A DNA stretch of 64,000 bases, taken from positions 458-64,457 of the forward strand of contig VGJW01000008.1 of NCBI GenBank assembly GCA_016867265.1, given 5' to 3'. Under the pieces are notes generated by a model, which searched no databases, was not told the origin of the DNA, and saw only the letters and a program-made list of their open reading frames with translations. Of the stretch, positions 9,962 through 19,990 are shown in pieces. Each line of letters opens with the position of its first letter. Position 1 is the stretch's first letter. The translations under genes were made by a program, and so were the position numbers. This DNA comes from Candidatus Tanganyikabacteria bacterium. Lineage in GTDB: Bacteria; Cyanobacteriota; Sericytochromatia; S15B-MN24; VGJW01.

Positions 9962-10753
9962 ATGAAACGCGTGACACCCCGGGGGGCACTTGTATCAGGC
10001 CTCCTACTCCTCTCCATTCATGCGGGCGGCTGCACCGGCACGGCGGTTCCTGGTTCCGCTGCGACGAACGTGCCCAAGAAATCGCCCGCACCCAAGCCTT
10101 CAGCGGCCGCGCCGCGAGGACCAGGCACGGACAGTATGTCCGGCTCGATCGGGGGGGGCAGCAGCCCGACTCCGTCCCCTGCCACCTCCTCTGCTCCGCA
10201 GGGAGGTCAAACGGCAGGGGAAGCAAGTGGCGGGGCCGCCTCACCAGCGCCGACACCAGCCTCGGGCAGCGGCACTTCAGGCGGCTCAAGCCCTCAGGTG
10301 CCGGTGCCAACTGCAACAACCCCTCCCCCGTCTGGAACTCCGTCCTCGGGCGGAAACGACCCTGCGCCAGGCAACAATCCCTACTTCCCGCTGGAATCGT
10401 CCGACATCAAGTTAATGATTGGCAGTTCCATTGTCGGCAATATGATCAGTACGATCTACGAGCCGGCGCCCGACGGGAACAACTCCCTGAACAAGCCAAC
10501 CACGCTGAAACTGACGGCGTCTGTCTTGCTCAATAACCTCTCCACAGACAGCAGGGCCAAGTGGGAATCCAGGAACAGACTTGTGGCAATTGTTGACGCA
10601 ACAGGGCTCGTGACGGCAGTGGGCCGAGGCAGGACTGAAATTATCGCCAGACCTGCGGATGACCTGAGTTACCCAGCGGGCTACACGGTACCCACGGCAA
10701 CCGCGGTGATAGAAGTTCGTGCCGTCGCGGCCATCGACCTGGTGGTGGAGTGA
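9962..10753 (+). CDS. Lipoprotein with Ser/Pro/Gly linker and Ig-like (Big_2) domain
   Basis: AGGC lipobox; WESRNRLVAIVDATGLVTAVGRGRTEIIA Big_2 motif; ends AAIDLVVE. Confidence 0.8.
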   Translation: MKRVTPRGALVSGLLLLSIHAGGCTGTAVPGSAATNVPKKSPAPKPSAAAPRGPGTDSMSGSIGGGSSPTPSPATSSAPQGGQTAGEASGGAASPAPTPASGSGTSGGSSPQVPVPTATTPPPSGTPSSGGNDPAPGNNPYFPLESSDIKLMIGSSIVGNMISTIYEPAPDGNNSLNKPTTLKLTASVLLNNLSTDSRAKWESRNRLVAIVDATGLVTAVGRGRTEIIARPADDLSYPAGYTVPTATAVIEVRAVAAIDLVVE

Positions 10754-10754
10754 A

Positions 10755-11930
10755 ATGATGCGTAACCATCCGGTTGCCCTTGCCGTCTCAGCTTCCATCG
10801 CTGCGAGTCTGTCATCTTGCGCCGCGATTTCGAACCCCACGCCTGCCCAATCGGGTCCCGTCATGCCCGAAGCCGTCGTAGCTGGTGTCCAACCAACCCA
10901 TCTGGGCTTGGCAGAGCTGACCTTGACGATTCGCTGGCCAGCCAGAACCAGCCAAGGTTTGCCCCCAAACGCCGTTCGCGTCGAGGCAACTGTGAGAGAC
11001 AAGGTCGGCAATCCGCTGGGGGCCGCCTCCGTGAATCGGGATGGTGCACCGACCTCGACTCTGGCGATAACAGACATTCAGGTGCCGATCGATGGGCTCG
11101 TAACGGTCAATGTGCGGGCGATTGATGCCGCAAATGAAGAGGTGGGCATGGGTTCGAAGATGGTGACCATCGTCCCAAACCAACGTACAGCCGTCGCGAT
11201 CTCAGTCACGGCAACCAAGGTTCCCGGCCTGACCTTCGTCAACCCCTTGGCAGCAGGGCCCGGCATTGTCGTACGGGCCTCCGGAAACTACCTTCCGAAA
11301 TCCAAGGACGGCGTGACGCTCAAGCTGGGCGGAATACCTGTTGATGTCCTGAATCTGGATGCCTCAGGCGGAACCTTTCTTGAGTTCATCGTTCCCGGCA
11401 ACGCGACCAGTGATCAGGTTGTGCTCGGCTACCTCGGACAAACCATCAAGAGCAATGACACCTTCCAGACCATCAAGTCCATCACGCTGGCGGTGCCCCC
11501 ATCCGGGCTTGCCAGTGGGTCAACGGCGACCTTTGTCGCCCAGGCATTGAACAGTGCATCCGAAGCCGTAGCCGGTGCGCGCCTCACTTGGAACCTGATC
11601 AACGTCACGGGAGTTCCGGGAAGTGCACCAAGTGGTGGGGGCGCCTCGAGTGGCGGCGCAGCAGGAGTGCCCGGGGGGGCTCCGGGAGGCGGTGGCCCAG
11701 GATCCATGGATAACAACTATGTCGGTTCGTTCGTAGACTTCCAGTCGACCAGCGCCATCGCCGGCGGCGAAGTTGCCGGCGGGGCGCCCGGGGGTAGCAG
11801 TTCTTCTGGCGGGTCCGCTTCACCGCCTCAGGCTACCAACAGCATCACCTTCACGACGGCGGGAACGGCAACCCTCGAGGTCAAGACGGGCCAGACCGTC
11901 GCCACCGCGACAATCGTCATCAAGCCCTGA
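10755..11930 (+). CDS. Lipoprotein with IPT/TIG and Ig-like domains
   Basis: LSSC lipobox; ELTLTIRWPARTSQGLP N-domain; IPT motif; Gly/Ser-rich loops. Confidence 0.8.
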   Translation: MMRNHPVALAVSASIAASLSSCAAISNPTPAQSGPVMPEAVVAGVQPTHLGLAELTLTIRWPARTSQGLPPNAVRVEATVRDKVGNPLGAASVNRDGAPTSTLAITDIQVPIDGLVTVNVRAIDAANEEVGMGSKMVTIVPNQRTAVAISVTATKVPGLTFVNPLAAGPGIVVRASGNYLPKSKDGVTLKLGGIPVDVLNLDASGGTFLEFIVPGNATSDQVVLGYLGQTIKSNDTFQTIKSITLAVPPSGLASGSTATFVAQALNSASEAVAGARLTWNLINVTGVPGSAPSGGGASSGGAAGVPGGAPGGGGPGSMDNNYVGSFVDFQSTSAIAGGEVAGGAPGGSSSSGGSASPPQATNSITFTTAGTATLEVKTGQTVATATIVIKP

Positions 11931-11951
11931 AATCCTGCAATGTGGACGGCC

Positions 11952-11977
11952 TGCCTGCCCGATTCGCAGGGCGGGCA
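11952..11977 (+). terminator. Hairpin after the lipoprotein operon
   Basis: TGCCTGCCC-GATTCGCA-GGGCGGGCA stem-loop; weak U-tract. Confidence 0.35.
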
Positions 11978-12206
11978 CGTTCTGGGAACTTGCACCCGGG
12001 GATGATCTCCGGCGGCTAGACGTCCTGCAGACTTGGCTTCCCATCGCTACCATCCACGCCAGAAGACAAAAAGGCGGGTTGCGACGTTTCTGCGTAGAAC
12101 CTCTGCTTGCTTTACGAGCGGACCCGACAGCCCGCCCATTGTTCAGCCTTTTTGAAATTCCTGTTTCATCAAACAGCCCTCGGGGCGGCTCTCCGGATAA
12201 CACCCT

Positions 12207-12301
12207 CAAGCGAAGGCCACCTCGAAACAGGTGCAGACGCGGCGGGCCATCCCGGGGGGGATGGATACCGACCCTCGTCGAACGGCCTTCGCAACCGCTT
12301 G
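12207..12301 (+). other. Candidate structured 5' leader (multi-branch RNA)
   Basis: Closing stem GCGAAGGC/GCCTTCGC encloses three hairpins, just upstream of the RBS of the gene at 12325. Confidence 0.4.
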
Positions 12302-12324
12302 GCTCATCAAAGGGGGATGAAACA

Positions 12325-13764
12325 ATGGCTGACGCAATCAACACCAATCCGGCGATCAAGCCCGCCATCACGGGCAACCAGGTGGCCAGCGCCGCAGCAC
12401 CCGCGGTCAAGGCTGCTGCGGATGCGCCCGCAGCCGACTTCGGTTCCGGCAACAGCCCGAAGTTTCCCGCCGCCGACTCGGCGGCCACCCCTGCCCGTGG
12501 CCAGGCTTCAGGCCTCGACTTCCGGAGCTGGGGCGACCCGCACTTCGTGTCGGGCGACGGCCGCAAGTGGGACAACATGAACATCGGCACCGTCAGCCTC
12601 TTCAGGAGCGACAAGGGTGACCTCGAACTGCAGAGCAATCAGCAGAAGGTCGAGGGTCTGGGTGCCGTCGGCTCGACCGTCAACGTGGGCGCGGCGCTCC
12701 GGGTCGGCGAGAACGTCGTTCGGTATGACGCTCAGGCGGACAAGCTGTTCGTCAACGACAAGGAAGTCGCCGTCGAGGCCGGCAAGCCCTACGCGCTGCC
12801 CGGTGGCGGCAAGATCGAGCGCAAAGGCGACAATCTGGAAGTCACCAGTGCCAAGGGCGACCTCGTCCGCTTCGAGGACAAGGGCAAGTACATGGACATC
12901 TCGGGCAAGCTGTCCGCCACCCGTGAGGATGGCGAGGTCACGGGCGCCCTAGGCCGCTTCGACGCCGACACCAACGCCGACAACGACCTCGTGATGCCCG
13001 ATGGCACGATGGCCAAGTCCGTCGAGGAGTTCAACAACGCCTGGAACACCACCCAGGCCAAGGACATGTTCAAGAACGCAGCTGCCGACATCGTCAAGGC
13101 CGCCCAAGCCGAGATGAGCCCCTACGCCAAGGAGCGCCAGGCCCTCGAAGCCGAGAAGAAGGCCCTCTACGAGCAGGAGCAGGCCAAGGGCAAGGAGCGC
13201 CTGGACATCGTGGGCAGCATGCCCCTCAAGGATGCCGTGGCCGACTACCTGCGGGCCCTGCCCGCCGACAAGGTCACCGAGACCGACAAGGAACTGCTGG
13301 CCAAGTACGACGCGGCCAAGAGCAAGGTCGCGGCCCTCGAGGCCGAGATCGCGACGCTCAACGAGAAGCAGGCTGCCATCGACAAGCGGCTCGAGGGCCT
13401 GAACCAGATGGAGAAGCTGGATGGCGTGATGAAGACCGAGTTCGCTGCCGAGCAGACGGCGGGCACCGAGCGGGTCAAGGCCCTCGAGGAGAAGATTGCC
13501 GGTGCCGCCCGGTACAACGCCCTCACGGCTTCCTCCGCCACCAATCCGATGGCCATCAGTGGCGCTGATACCATCTGGATGCAGGGCTACGAGCGGATCA
13601 GGCAGCGGATCGCCGCCCTCGAGACCGAGATCGCGGACCGCAACCGCAAGCAGCAGGAAGCCGCCGCCGAGAAGGCCCGCATCGACGCCGCGACCAAGTA
13701 CCCGGTGAAGCCCGCCGCCACCACGCCGGTCAATGCCGTGGCACCCGACGGCAAGGCCGCCTGA
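12325..13764 (+). CDS. VWD (von Willebrand type D)-like domain protein with C-terminal coiled coil
   Basis: SWGDPHFVSGDG...GALGRFDAD motifs; AGGGGG RBS; Ala-rich N-terminus with no signal peptide; heptad-rich C-terminus. Confidence 0.8.
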   Translation: MADAINTNPAIKPAITGNQVASAAAPAVKAAADAPAADFGSGNSPKFPAADSAATPARGQASGLDFRSWGDPHFVSGDGRKWDNMNIGTVSLFRSDKGDLELQSNQQKVEGLGAVGSTVNVGAALRVGENVVRYDAQADKLFVNDKEVAVEAGKPYALPGGGKIERKGDNLEVTSAKGDLVRFEDKGKYMDISGKLSATREDGEVTGALGRFDADTNADNDLVMPDGTMAKSVEEFNNAWNTTQAKDMFKNAAADIVKAAQAEMSPYAKERQALEAEKKALYEQEQAKGKERLDIVGSMPLKDAVADYLRALPADKVTETDKELLAKYDAAKSKVAALEAEIATLNEKQAAIDKRLEGLNQMEKLDGVMKTEFAAEQTAGTERVKALEEKIAGAARYNALTASSATNPMAISGADTIWMQGYERIRQRIAALETEIADRNRKQQEAAAEKARIDAATKYPVKPAATTPVNAVAPDGKAA

Positions 13765-13812
13765 AGACCGATCCGGCTGGCGCCTTCACCGTCGCCCCCG
13801 TAGGATGCAGGG

Positions 13813-14751
<939 letters not shown>

Positions 14752-16106
14752 ATCGGGCGACATCAGCTCGAGCCGGCCGCCGTGCCGCTCGGCAATACCC
14801 TTGACGATGGCCAGGCCCAGGCCCACCCCCCCGCTCGTCCGCGCACGGGAAACATCAGCCCGGTAAAAGGGTTCCGTGACCTTGTCGAGGTGCTCGGCCG
14901 GGATGCCGGGACCGTCATCGACGACGCAGACCCTGGCCTGCCGACCCTCGGTCCGGACCTCAAAGAGGATGTGTCCCCCCGTGGGCGTGTAGCGCCAAGC
15001 ATTGTCGAGCAGGTTGCGCATTGCGCGCGCCAACAGGCGCTCATCGCCCAGCACGCGACACGATGAGATGGCCATCGAGAAGCGCACGTCCATTTCCTCG
15101 GGCATCAGCTCCCGCTCCCGGACCAAGGCACGGGCAACCTCAGCCAAGTCGACCTCGGTCCGCACCTGGCCCGAGAGGCGCTGGGCACGCGCTGCCTCGA
15201 GCAGCTCGCTCACGAGGCGCTCGATGGCCTCGAGGTCCTTGCGAACCCTTGCAACGTAGGGTGCCGACTCGGCATCGGCCTGGACCAGCGAGATGGCAAG
15301 AAATGCCCGGGACAGGGGTGCCCGAAGCTCGTGGGAGACATCCGAAAGCAGCCGGTCCTTGCTGGCCATCAGCTCGGCGAGGCGTGCCCGCATGCCCTCC
15401 AGAGTCTCCTCGAGATCGCCGAACTCGTCGCGCCGCGTCCGCGGCACGGGCGTCTCGAGATCGCCCAGGGCCAGTTGGTGCGCCCGCTGCTGGATGCGCC
15501 TGAGGGGAATCACCACCCACAACCACAGCGGGGGAATCAGGATGAAACCCAGGACAACGGGCCCCAGCCAAGGATAGCGGACGAGTGGCGGGGCATCGGG
15601 AACCGGTGCAGGGATGATGACGTGGGCGGCTCCGAGGGGCTGATCCACGGAACCCAGGCGCACCCAGTAGCCAGGCCCCTTGACCGTGAGGCCACCCGGA
15701 CCGGGAGCAGCCGGCCACTGGGCACCCATGCCTTCGACCCGGGGCAGCCGTGTCGTCGGCTTGAGCCAAGCCAATCCCGGCGTCCCTTCCTTCACATCGA
15801 TGGCGACCTCGGTACGTGCCCGACGCAGCACCTCCGGTACCGCATCCCAGGGGACGATCTCGATGCCCATGCCCATCTCGTCACGCGCCCGGGCCACCTC
15901 GCCCGCGCCGGGCAATCGTGCGAATTCATGGCCTTGCATCAGCCGGTCGGAAACCCATCGGCCCTGCGCAAGCATCATGCGGTCCATGGCCCGCAGGCTC
16001 GCCTCGTCCCGTCGGATCGACCACGTGACCAGCCCGACCACCACCACGACCAACAGGAGCAGGGCGATGGCCACGACACCGTACAGGCGCAGGACGACGG
16101 ACCGGA

Positions 16107-16808
16107 TCACCAGGTAAACCTGTAGCCCAGGCCCCGCACGGTATGCAGGTGCCTCGGGCGTCGTGGGTGAGGCTCGATCTTGGCCCTGAGCCGACTGATT
16201 TGGACATCGATGGCCCGATCGTAGACGTCGTGCGCCCCGGCGACGTCCAGGGCATCCAGCAACTGATCCCGGGTGAAAGTACGACCCGGAGAAGCGGCCA
16301 TGACTTCGATCAGTCGGGCCTCCGTGGGCGTCAGGACATAGGACCGACCCTCGAGCCACAGGGTCCGTTCATCGCCGTCGAACTGATTGGCGACGACGGC
16401 AGGCTCGATCACCTCGAGCGTCCGGACCGGCGCCTGCGCTCCGGAGCGCCGCAGGACGGCCTCGATCCGGGCCAGCAGTTCATGCGGATTGAAGGGCTTG
16501 GGCAGGTAGTCGTCGGCACCCAGCCTGAGCCCCCGGATTCGATCCAGATCGTCGCCCCTGCCTGTCAGCATCACGATAGGAATGGAGAGGCCGCGCGCGC
16601 GCAGGTCGCGGCACAACGTGAAACCATCCCGGCCCGGCAGCATCACGTCCAGCAGCAGCAAGTCCGGCACCAATGCGCTGCCGACGACGTATTCCTCAAG
16701 GTCGTGGCCGTTGCCGCGGACCTCCACGGCATAGCCGTGACGCACGAGAAACGTGGACAACAAACCCGCGAGGTCGGGGTCGTCGTCGACTACCAGGAGA
16801 CGCCTCAT
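16107..16808 (-). CDS. OmpR-family response regulator
   Basis: LVVDDD, LLDVMLP, GADDYLPKPF and winged-helix TVRGLGYRF; GGAGG RBS. Confidence 0.95.
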   Translation of the reverse strand: MRRLLVVDDDPDLAGLLSTFLVRHGYAVEVRGNGHDLEEYVVGSALVPDLLLLDVMLPGRDGFTLCRDLRARGLSIPIVMLTGRGDDLDRIRGLRLGADDYLPKPFNPHELLARIEAVLRRSGAQAPVRTLEVIEPAVVANQFDGDERTLWLEGRSYVLTPTEARLIEVMAASPGRTFTRDQLLDALDVAGAHDVYDRAIDVQISRLRAKIEPHPRRPRHLHTVRGLGYRFTW

Positions 16809-16882
16809 GGCCCACCTCCACCCTTCGAGCTTGCCCCAGCCATGTTGCATGGTCTTTGCAGGATGCGGTACTCGTGGGGGTG

Positions 16883-17488
16883 ATGATCATCGAGGTTTGG
16901 TCGGACTTCGTCTGACCGTGGTGCTACGTCAGCCTGGATCGGCTGGCCCGGCTTGTGGGCCGCTACCCGGTCACGCTGCGGTGGCATCCGTTCCAATTGC
17001 GACCGGACACGCCTTACGAGGGCGTCCCGTTGTCGCGCATCCTGCCGCCCGCCTATCTGGCGCAGGCTCGCGCTCGCCTCGAGGAGGCGACCACCAGCCT
17101 GGGCATGGCCTATGCTCCGCCGGACCTCGTCCCCAACACCCACCTCGCCCACGAGGCGGCGGCCCACGCCGAGGCCCACGGCAGGGGCGACGCTTTCCAC
17201 CGCGCCTTGTTGACCGCCTACTTCGGGCACGGTCGTGCCATCGGTGACCGCAAGGTCCTGCTGGACGTTGCGGAGCAGGTTGGCCTCGACCCCGAGGTGC
17301 TCGCACGGGATCTCGACAGCGGCGCCCGTTCCGAAGAAGTCGAAGCAGGCCTCGCCTTGGCGCAGGAACTGGGGATCACCGCCGTGCCGACGTTCGTGTT
17401 CCCCGACAGGCGAGCCTTGTCGGGTGCCCAGCCATGGGCGGTCTTCACGAAGGCCATGGAGCTTCAGGGCGTGGCACCACGCACCTGA
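16883..17488 (+). CDS. DsbA/FrnE-family oxidoreductase, probable selenoprotein (UxxC; in-frame TGA at 16913-16915)
   Basis: MIIEVWSDFV-TGA-PWCYV continues in frame to WHPFQLRP...GITAVPTF...SGAQP; the TGA sits at the first Cys of the CPWC motif. Confidence 0.85.
16928..16947 (+). promoter_or_regulatory. Putative bacterial SECIS hairpin
   Basis: GTCAGCC-TGGATC-GGCTGGC forms a 7-bp stem; the loop starts 19 nt after the UGA and has G at position 2. Confidence 0.55.
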
Positions 17489-17495
17489 CGGTTCG

Positions 17496-18176
17496 TCAGG
17501 GGGCAGGAGATGGTTGCCCGGGCGTCGGCTCGGGGGCAGGCTCGGGCTTGGGCGCGGTGTCGTCCGGTGGCGGCACGGGCACTTCCCCTCCGGGACCTTC
17601 GACAGGAGGCGTCGGCTTCCGGAAGAACCGCCCGACGATGTTGCCGACGAAGATCGCACCGATATAGGCTCCGCCGCCCACGAAGGCACCGATGGCCGTC
17701 CCCAATGGCCCTCCGAGCGCCGTGCCCACGGCCGCGCCGAGCAGCACGGGTCCGGGACCGAGCAGCATCAGCTTGGCGCCGAGCTTGGCCTGGTTCCAGT
17801 CCTTCACGTCGCCACGGAAGCGGTCGACCACGTTCTGGATGATGTCGTAGAGGCCGATGCCGGCACCCGGCAGGCACCCCCCGGCCACGGCCCCGATCGC
17901 GGCGCCGGGCGGCCCGGCGATCAGGCCGCCCACGACACCGCCGATGGCCGCCGTGACTGGCGTGCCCAGGACGACCGAGACGACCTGAACCAGATCATCC
18001 CAGCCCTCGAGGCGCCGGACACGCACCGGATGCTGCACCCGCGCCTCGGGTGACAGGCGCAGTCGGTCGCGCGCCATGCCGGCGGCCTCTTCAGGCGGAC
18101 GTGTCGTTGGCGCTGCCGACGGCTTGCCGATGCCAAGGGTCCGCGCAATCGAGCTGGCCATGCCTTGGATATTCAT
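17496..18176 (-). CDS. Glycine-zipper membrane protein with FlgM-like N-terminal motif
   Basis: Two GGxxGxxxGGPxGxAIG glycine zippers; DRLRLSPEA motif; Pro-rich tail. Confidence 0.7.
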   Translation of the reverse strand: MNIQGMASSIARTLGIGKPSAAPTTRPPEEAAGMARDRLRLSPEARVQHPVRVRRLEGWDDLVQVVSVVLGTPVTAAIGGVVGGLIAGPPGAAIGAVAGGCLPGAGIGLYDIIQNVVDRFRGDVKDWNQAKLGAKLMLLGPGPVLLGAAVGTALGGPLGTAIGAFVGGGAYIGAIFVGNIVGRFFRKPTPPVEGPGGEVPVPPPDDTAPKPEPAPEPTPGQPSPAP

Positions 18177-18183
18177 GGGGGAG

Positions 18184-18210
18184 TTGTCGCCTCCAAGGCT
18201 CCCCTGCGTG
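18184..18210 (-). promoter_or_regulatory. Sigma28-like promoter
   Basis: Minus strand reads CACG-N15-GGCGACAA, 7 nt before the ATG at 18176. Confidence 0.5.
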
Positions 18211-18330
18211 CGTGTCCGGAAAGCGAATAACCCCAAGACAAGGACAAGAAACGAATAAGAAATCACTTCTCCTGTTCCTGATGTTCTGCTAAGGTAGGGT
18301 CAGAGACTCGCAAACGGTCCCTTAACACCC

Positions 18331-19068
18331 ATGCAGCCCTTGCCTCCCCAGACCGCCACACGCCGTGTGCTCGCCACGCTTGCGCTGGCGATGATGACGG
18401 CCCTTGCCGGCTGCGGCAGTGACCGCCATTCGGGCCCGCCGACGACCCTGCCGACCCAGGCCCCCATGCCCTTGCCCCTGCCGGGTACCCAACCCGACAA
18501 CCCCGCGGCAGCCTGGCAGTGGGTGGACCGTGTCCTGCGCACCCACCAGGCCGTCCGTGCCTACGAGTCCCAGCTCGCCTTCTACCAGAAGTCAGCCACC
18601 GAAGAGATTCGCGGCATGTATGACCTGCGCGGCAAGCAACCGCGCCTGCTCCGCATCCAGATTCTCGAGGGCGCGTCGAAGGGAGCCAAGCTGCTCTGGC
18701 AGGGAGGCCGCACCATCAAGGTCCGGGCTGCCGGCCTGCTGGGTGCCATCCCGATCGATCTCGACCTGACGGACAAGCGCATCATCTCGATCCGCGGCTA
18801 CACCTTGGCCCAGACGGACCTCCAGAGCCTGCTGGCCATGTTGTCGAACCCGGCTGCGCAAGCGCGTTTCCTGGGCGAACAAGGCGGCTTCGGCTACGTC
18901 GAGGTCCGGGGCCCCCACCTGTTGCCCGGATGCGTGTCGATGGTGGTGCGCGTCGATGGCCGCACGGGCTACGTCCGGACCATCGAGATGAGTGACCGCC
19001 GCGAAGTCGTCTTCCGCATGGAGCTCAGGACCTTCCGGCCGGTGGCCGATGTCTCGCTGGACATCTGA
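18331..19068 (+). CDS. Lipoprotein, LolA-like/DUF1571-like fold
   Basis: LAGC lipobox; beta-rich repeat pattern (KQPRLLRIQI, VVRVDGRTGY) typical of LolA-like folds. Confidence 0.6.
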   Translation: MQPLPPQTATRRVLATLALAMMTALAGCGSDRHSGPPTTLPTQAPMPLPLPGTQPDNPAAAWQWVDRVLRTHQAVRAYESQLAFYQKSATEEIRGMYDLRGKQPRLLRIQILEGASKGAKLLWQGGRTIKVRAAGLLGAIPIDLDLTDKRIISIRGYTLAQTDLQSLLAMLSNPAAQARFLGEQGGFGYVEVRGPHLLPGCVSMVVRVDGRTGYVRTIEMSDRREVVFRMELRTFRPVADVSLDI

Positions 19069-19093
19069 GGGCCTCGCCCTGGCCGCAGCGGCC

Positions 19094-19990
19094 ATGCCGC
19101 AGTGGATTCGTCCGGAAACCGGCCCTGAGCGCGAAACAATGCCCGATGCGGCGTGGGACCCGCCGGTTCCGGACACGTTGCGCCTGACGTGGCTGGGTAC
19201 CGCCTGCTTCCTGGTCCAGACCCGATCCACCACGCTTCTGCTTGACCCCTTCGTCAGCCGTCCGGGCCTCTGGCGCACGTTATCCTCCCCGCTTGATCCG
19301 GACCCCGCCGTGCTGGAACGCGTCGCGCGCTGGTTGCCGCGCCCCACCGCCCTGCTGGTCGGCCACGCCCACTACGACCATGCGCTCGACGCGGCGCCCA
19401 TCGCAGGTCGCTTCCGGGCACCCCTCCTCGCATCCCAGGGCATGCTTCGGCTGGCACGGGCCCAAGGCCTGCCTGCCGAGTTGGCCGAACCCGTGGCTGC
19501 GGGCGAAACGCACAGGATTGGAGACCTCGAGGTCACGTTCGTGCCCTCGGCCCATGCGCCACTGGCAACCCAGTGGCTGGTCGGCGGCGAGGTCGCCGAG
19601 GACCCGCGTCCTCCGCTCCGCCTGCGGGACTGGAGGCATGATGCCGTCCTCGGGTTGCGGATCCGCTGGCGTGGCCGATCGCTGCACCACTCGGGCAGCG
19701 CCGAGGTCTTGGGCATGCCCGGCCAATGGGCGCCCACCGACGTGCTGATGCTCTGCATGGCCGGCTGGACCGCCACGCCCGGACTGCTCGAGCGCGTCCA
19801 AGCCGTGCTGGCACCCAGAGTGCTGCTGCCGATGCACCATGACGACTTCTTCCGTCCCCTCGGCAAGGGTTTTCGCCCCTTGGCCGCGGCGCGCGAGGCA
19901 CTGGCCGTCAACACGTGGTCCCGCACGCTCGCCGTGACGACCATCGCGCCCGTCACGCGGCATTTCCAGCAATGGACGCTCACCGCGTGA
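19094..19990 (+). CDS. Metallo-beta-lactamase fold hydrolase
   Basis: LTWLGTA, LLDPF, GHAHYDH and LPMHHDDF motifs. Confidence 0.88.
   Translation: MPQWIRPETGPERETMPDAAWDPPVPDTLRLTWLGTACFLVQTRSTTLLLDPFVSRPGLWRTLSSPLDPDPAVLERVARWLPRPTALLVGHAHYDHALDAAPIAGRFRAPLLASQGMLRLARAQGLPAELAEPVAAGETHRIGDLEVTFVPSAHAPLATQWLVGGEVAEDPRPPLRLRDWRHDAVLGLRIRWRGRSLHHSGSAEVLGMPGQWAPTDVLMLCMAGWTATPGLLERVQAVLAPRVLLPMHHDDFFRPLGKGFRPLAAAREALAVNTWSRTLAVTTIAPVTRHFQQWTLTA

Noticed and set aside
12210..12296. tRNA or c-di-GMP-I riboswitch in the cloverleaf-like leader
   Set aside because: No TTCGA T-loop, canonical D-loop GG or 7-nt anticodon loop; the GAAA hairpin and GACGC lack the conserved GCAAA elements of c-di-GMP-I. 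Kept only as an unassigned structure.
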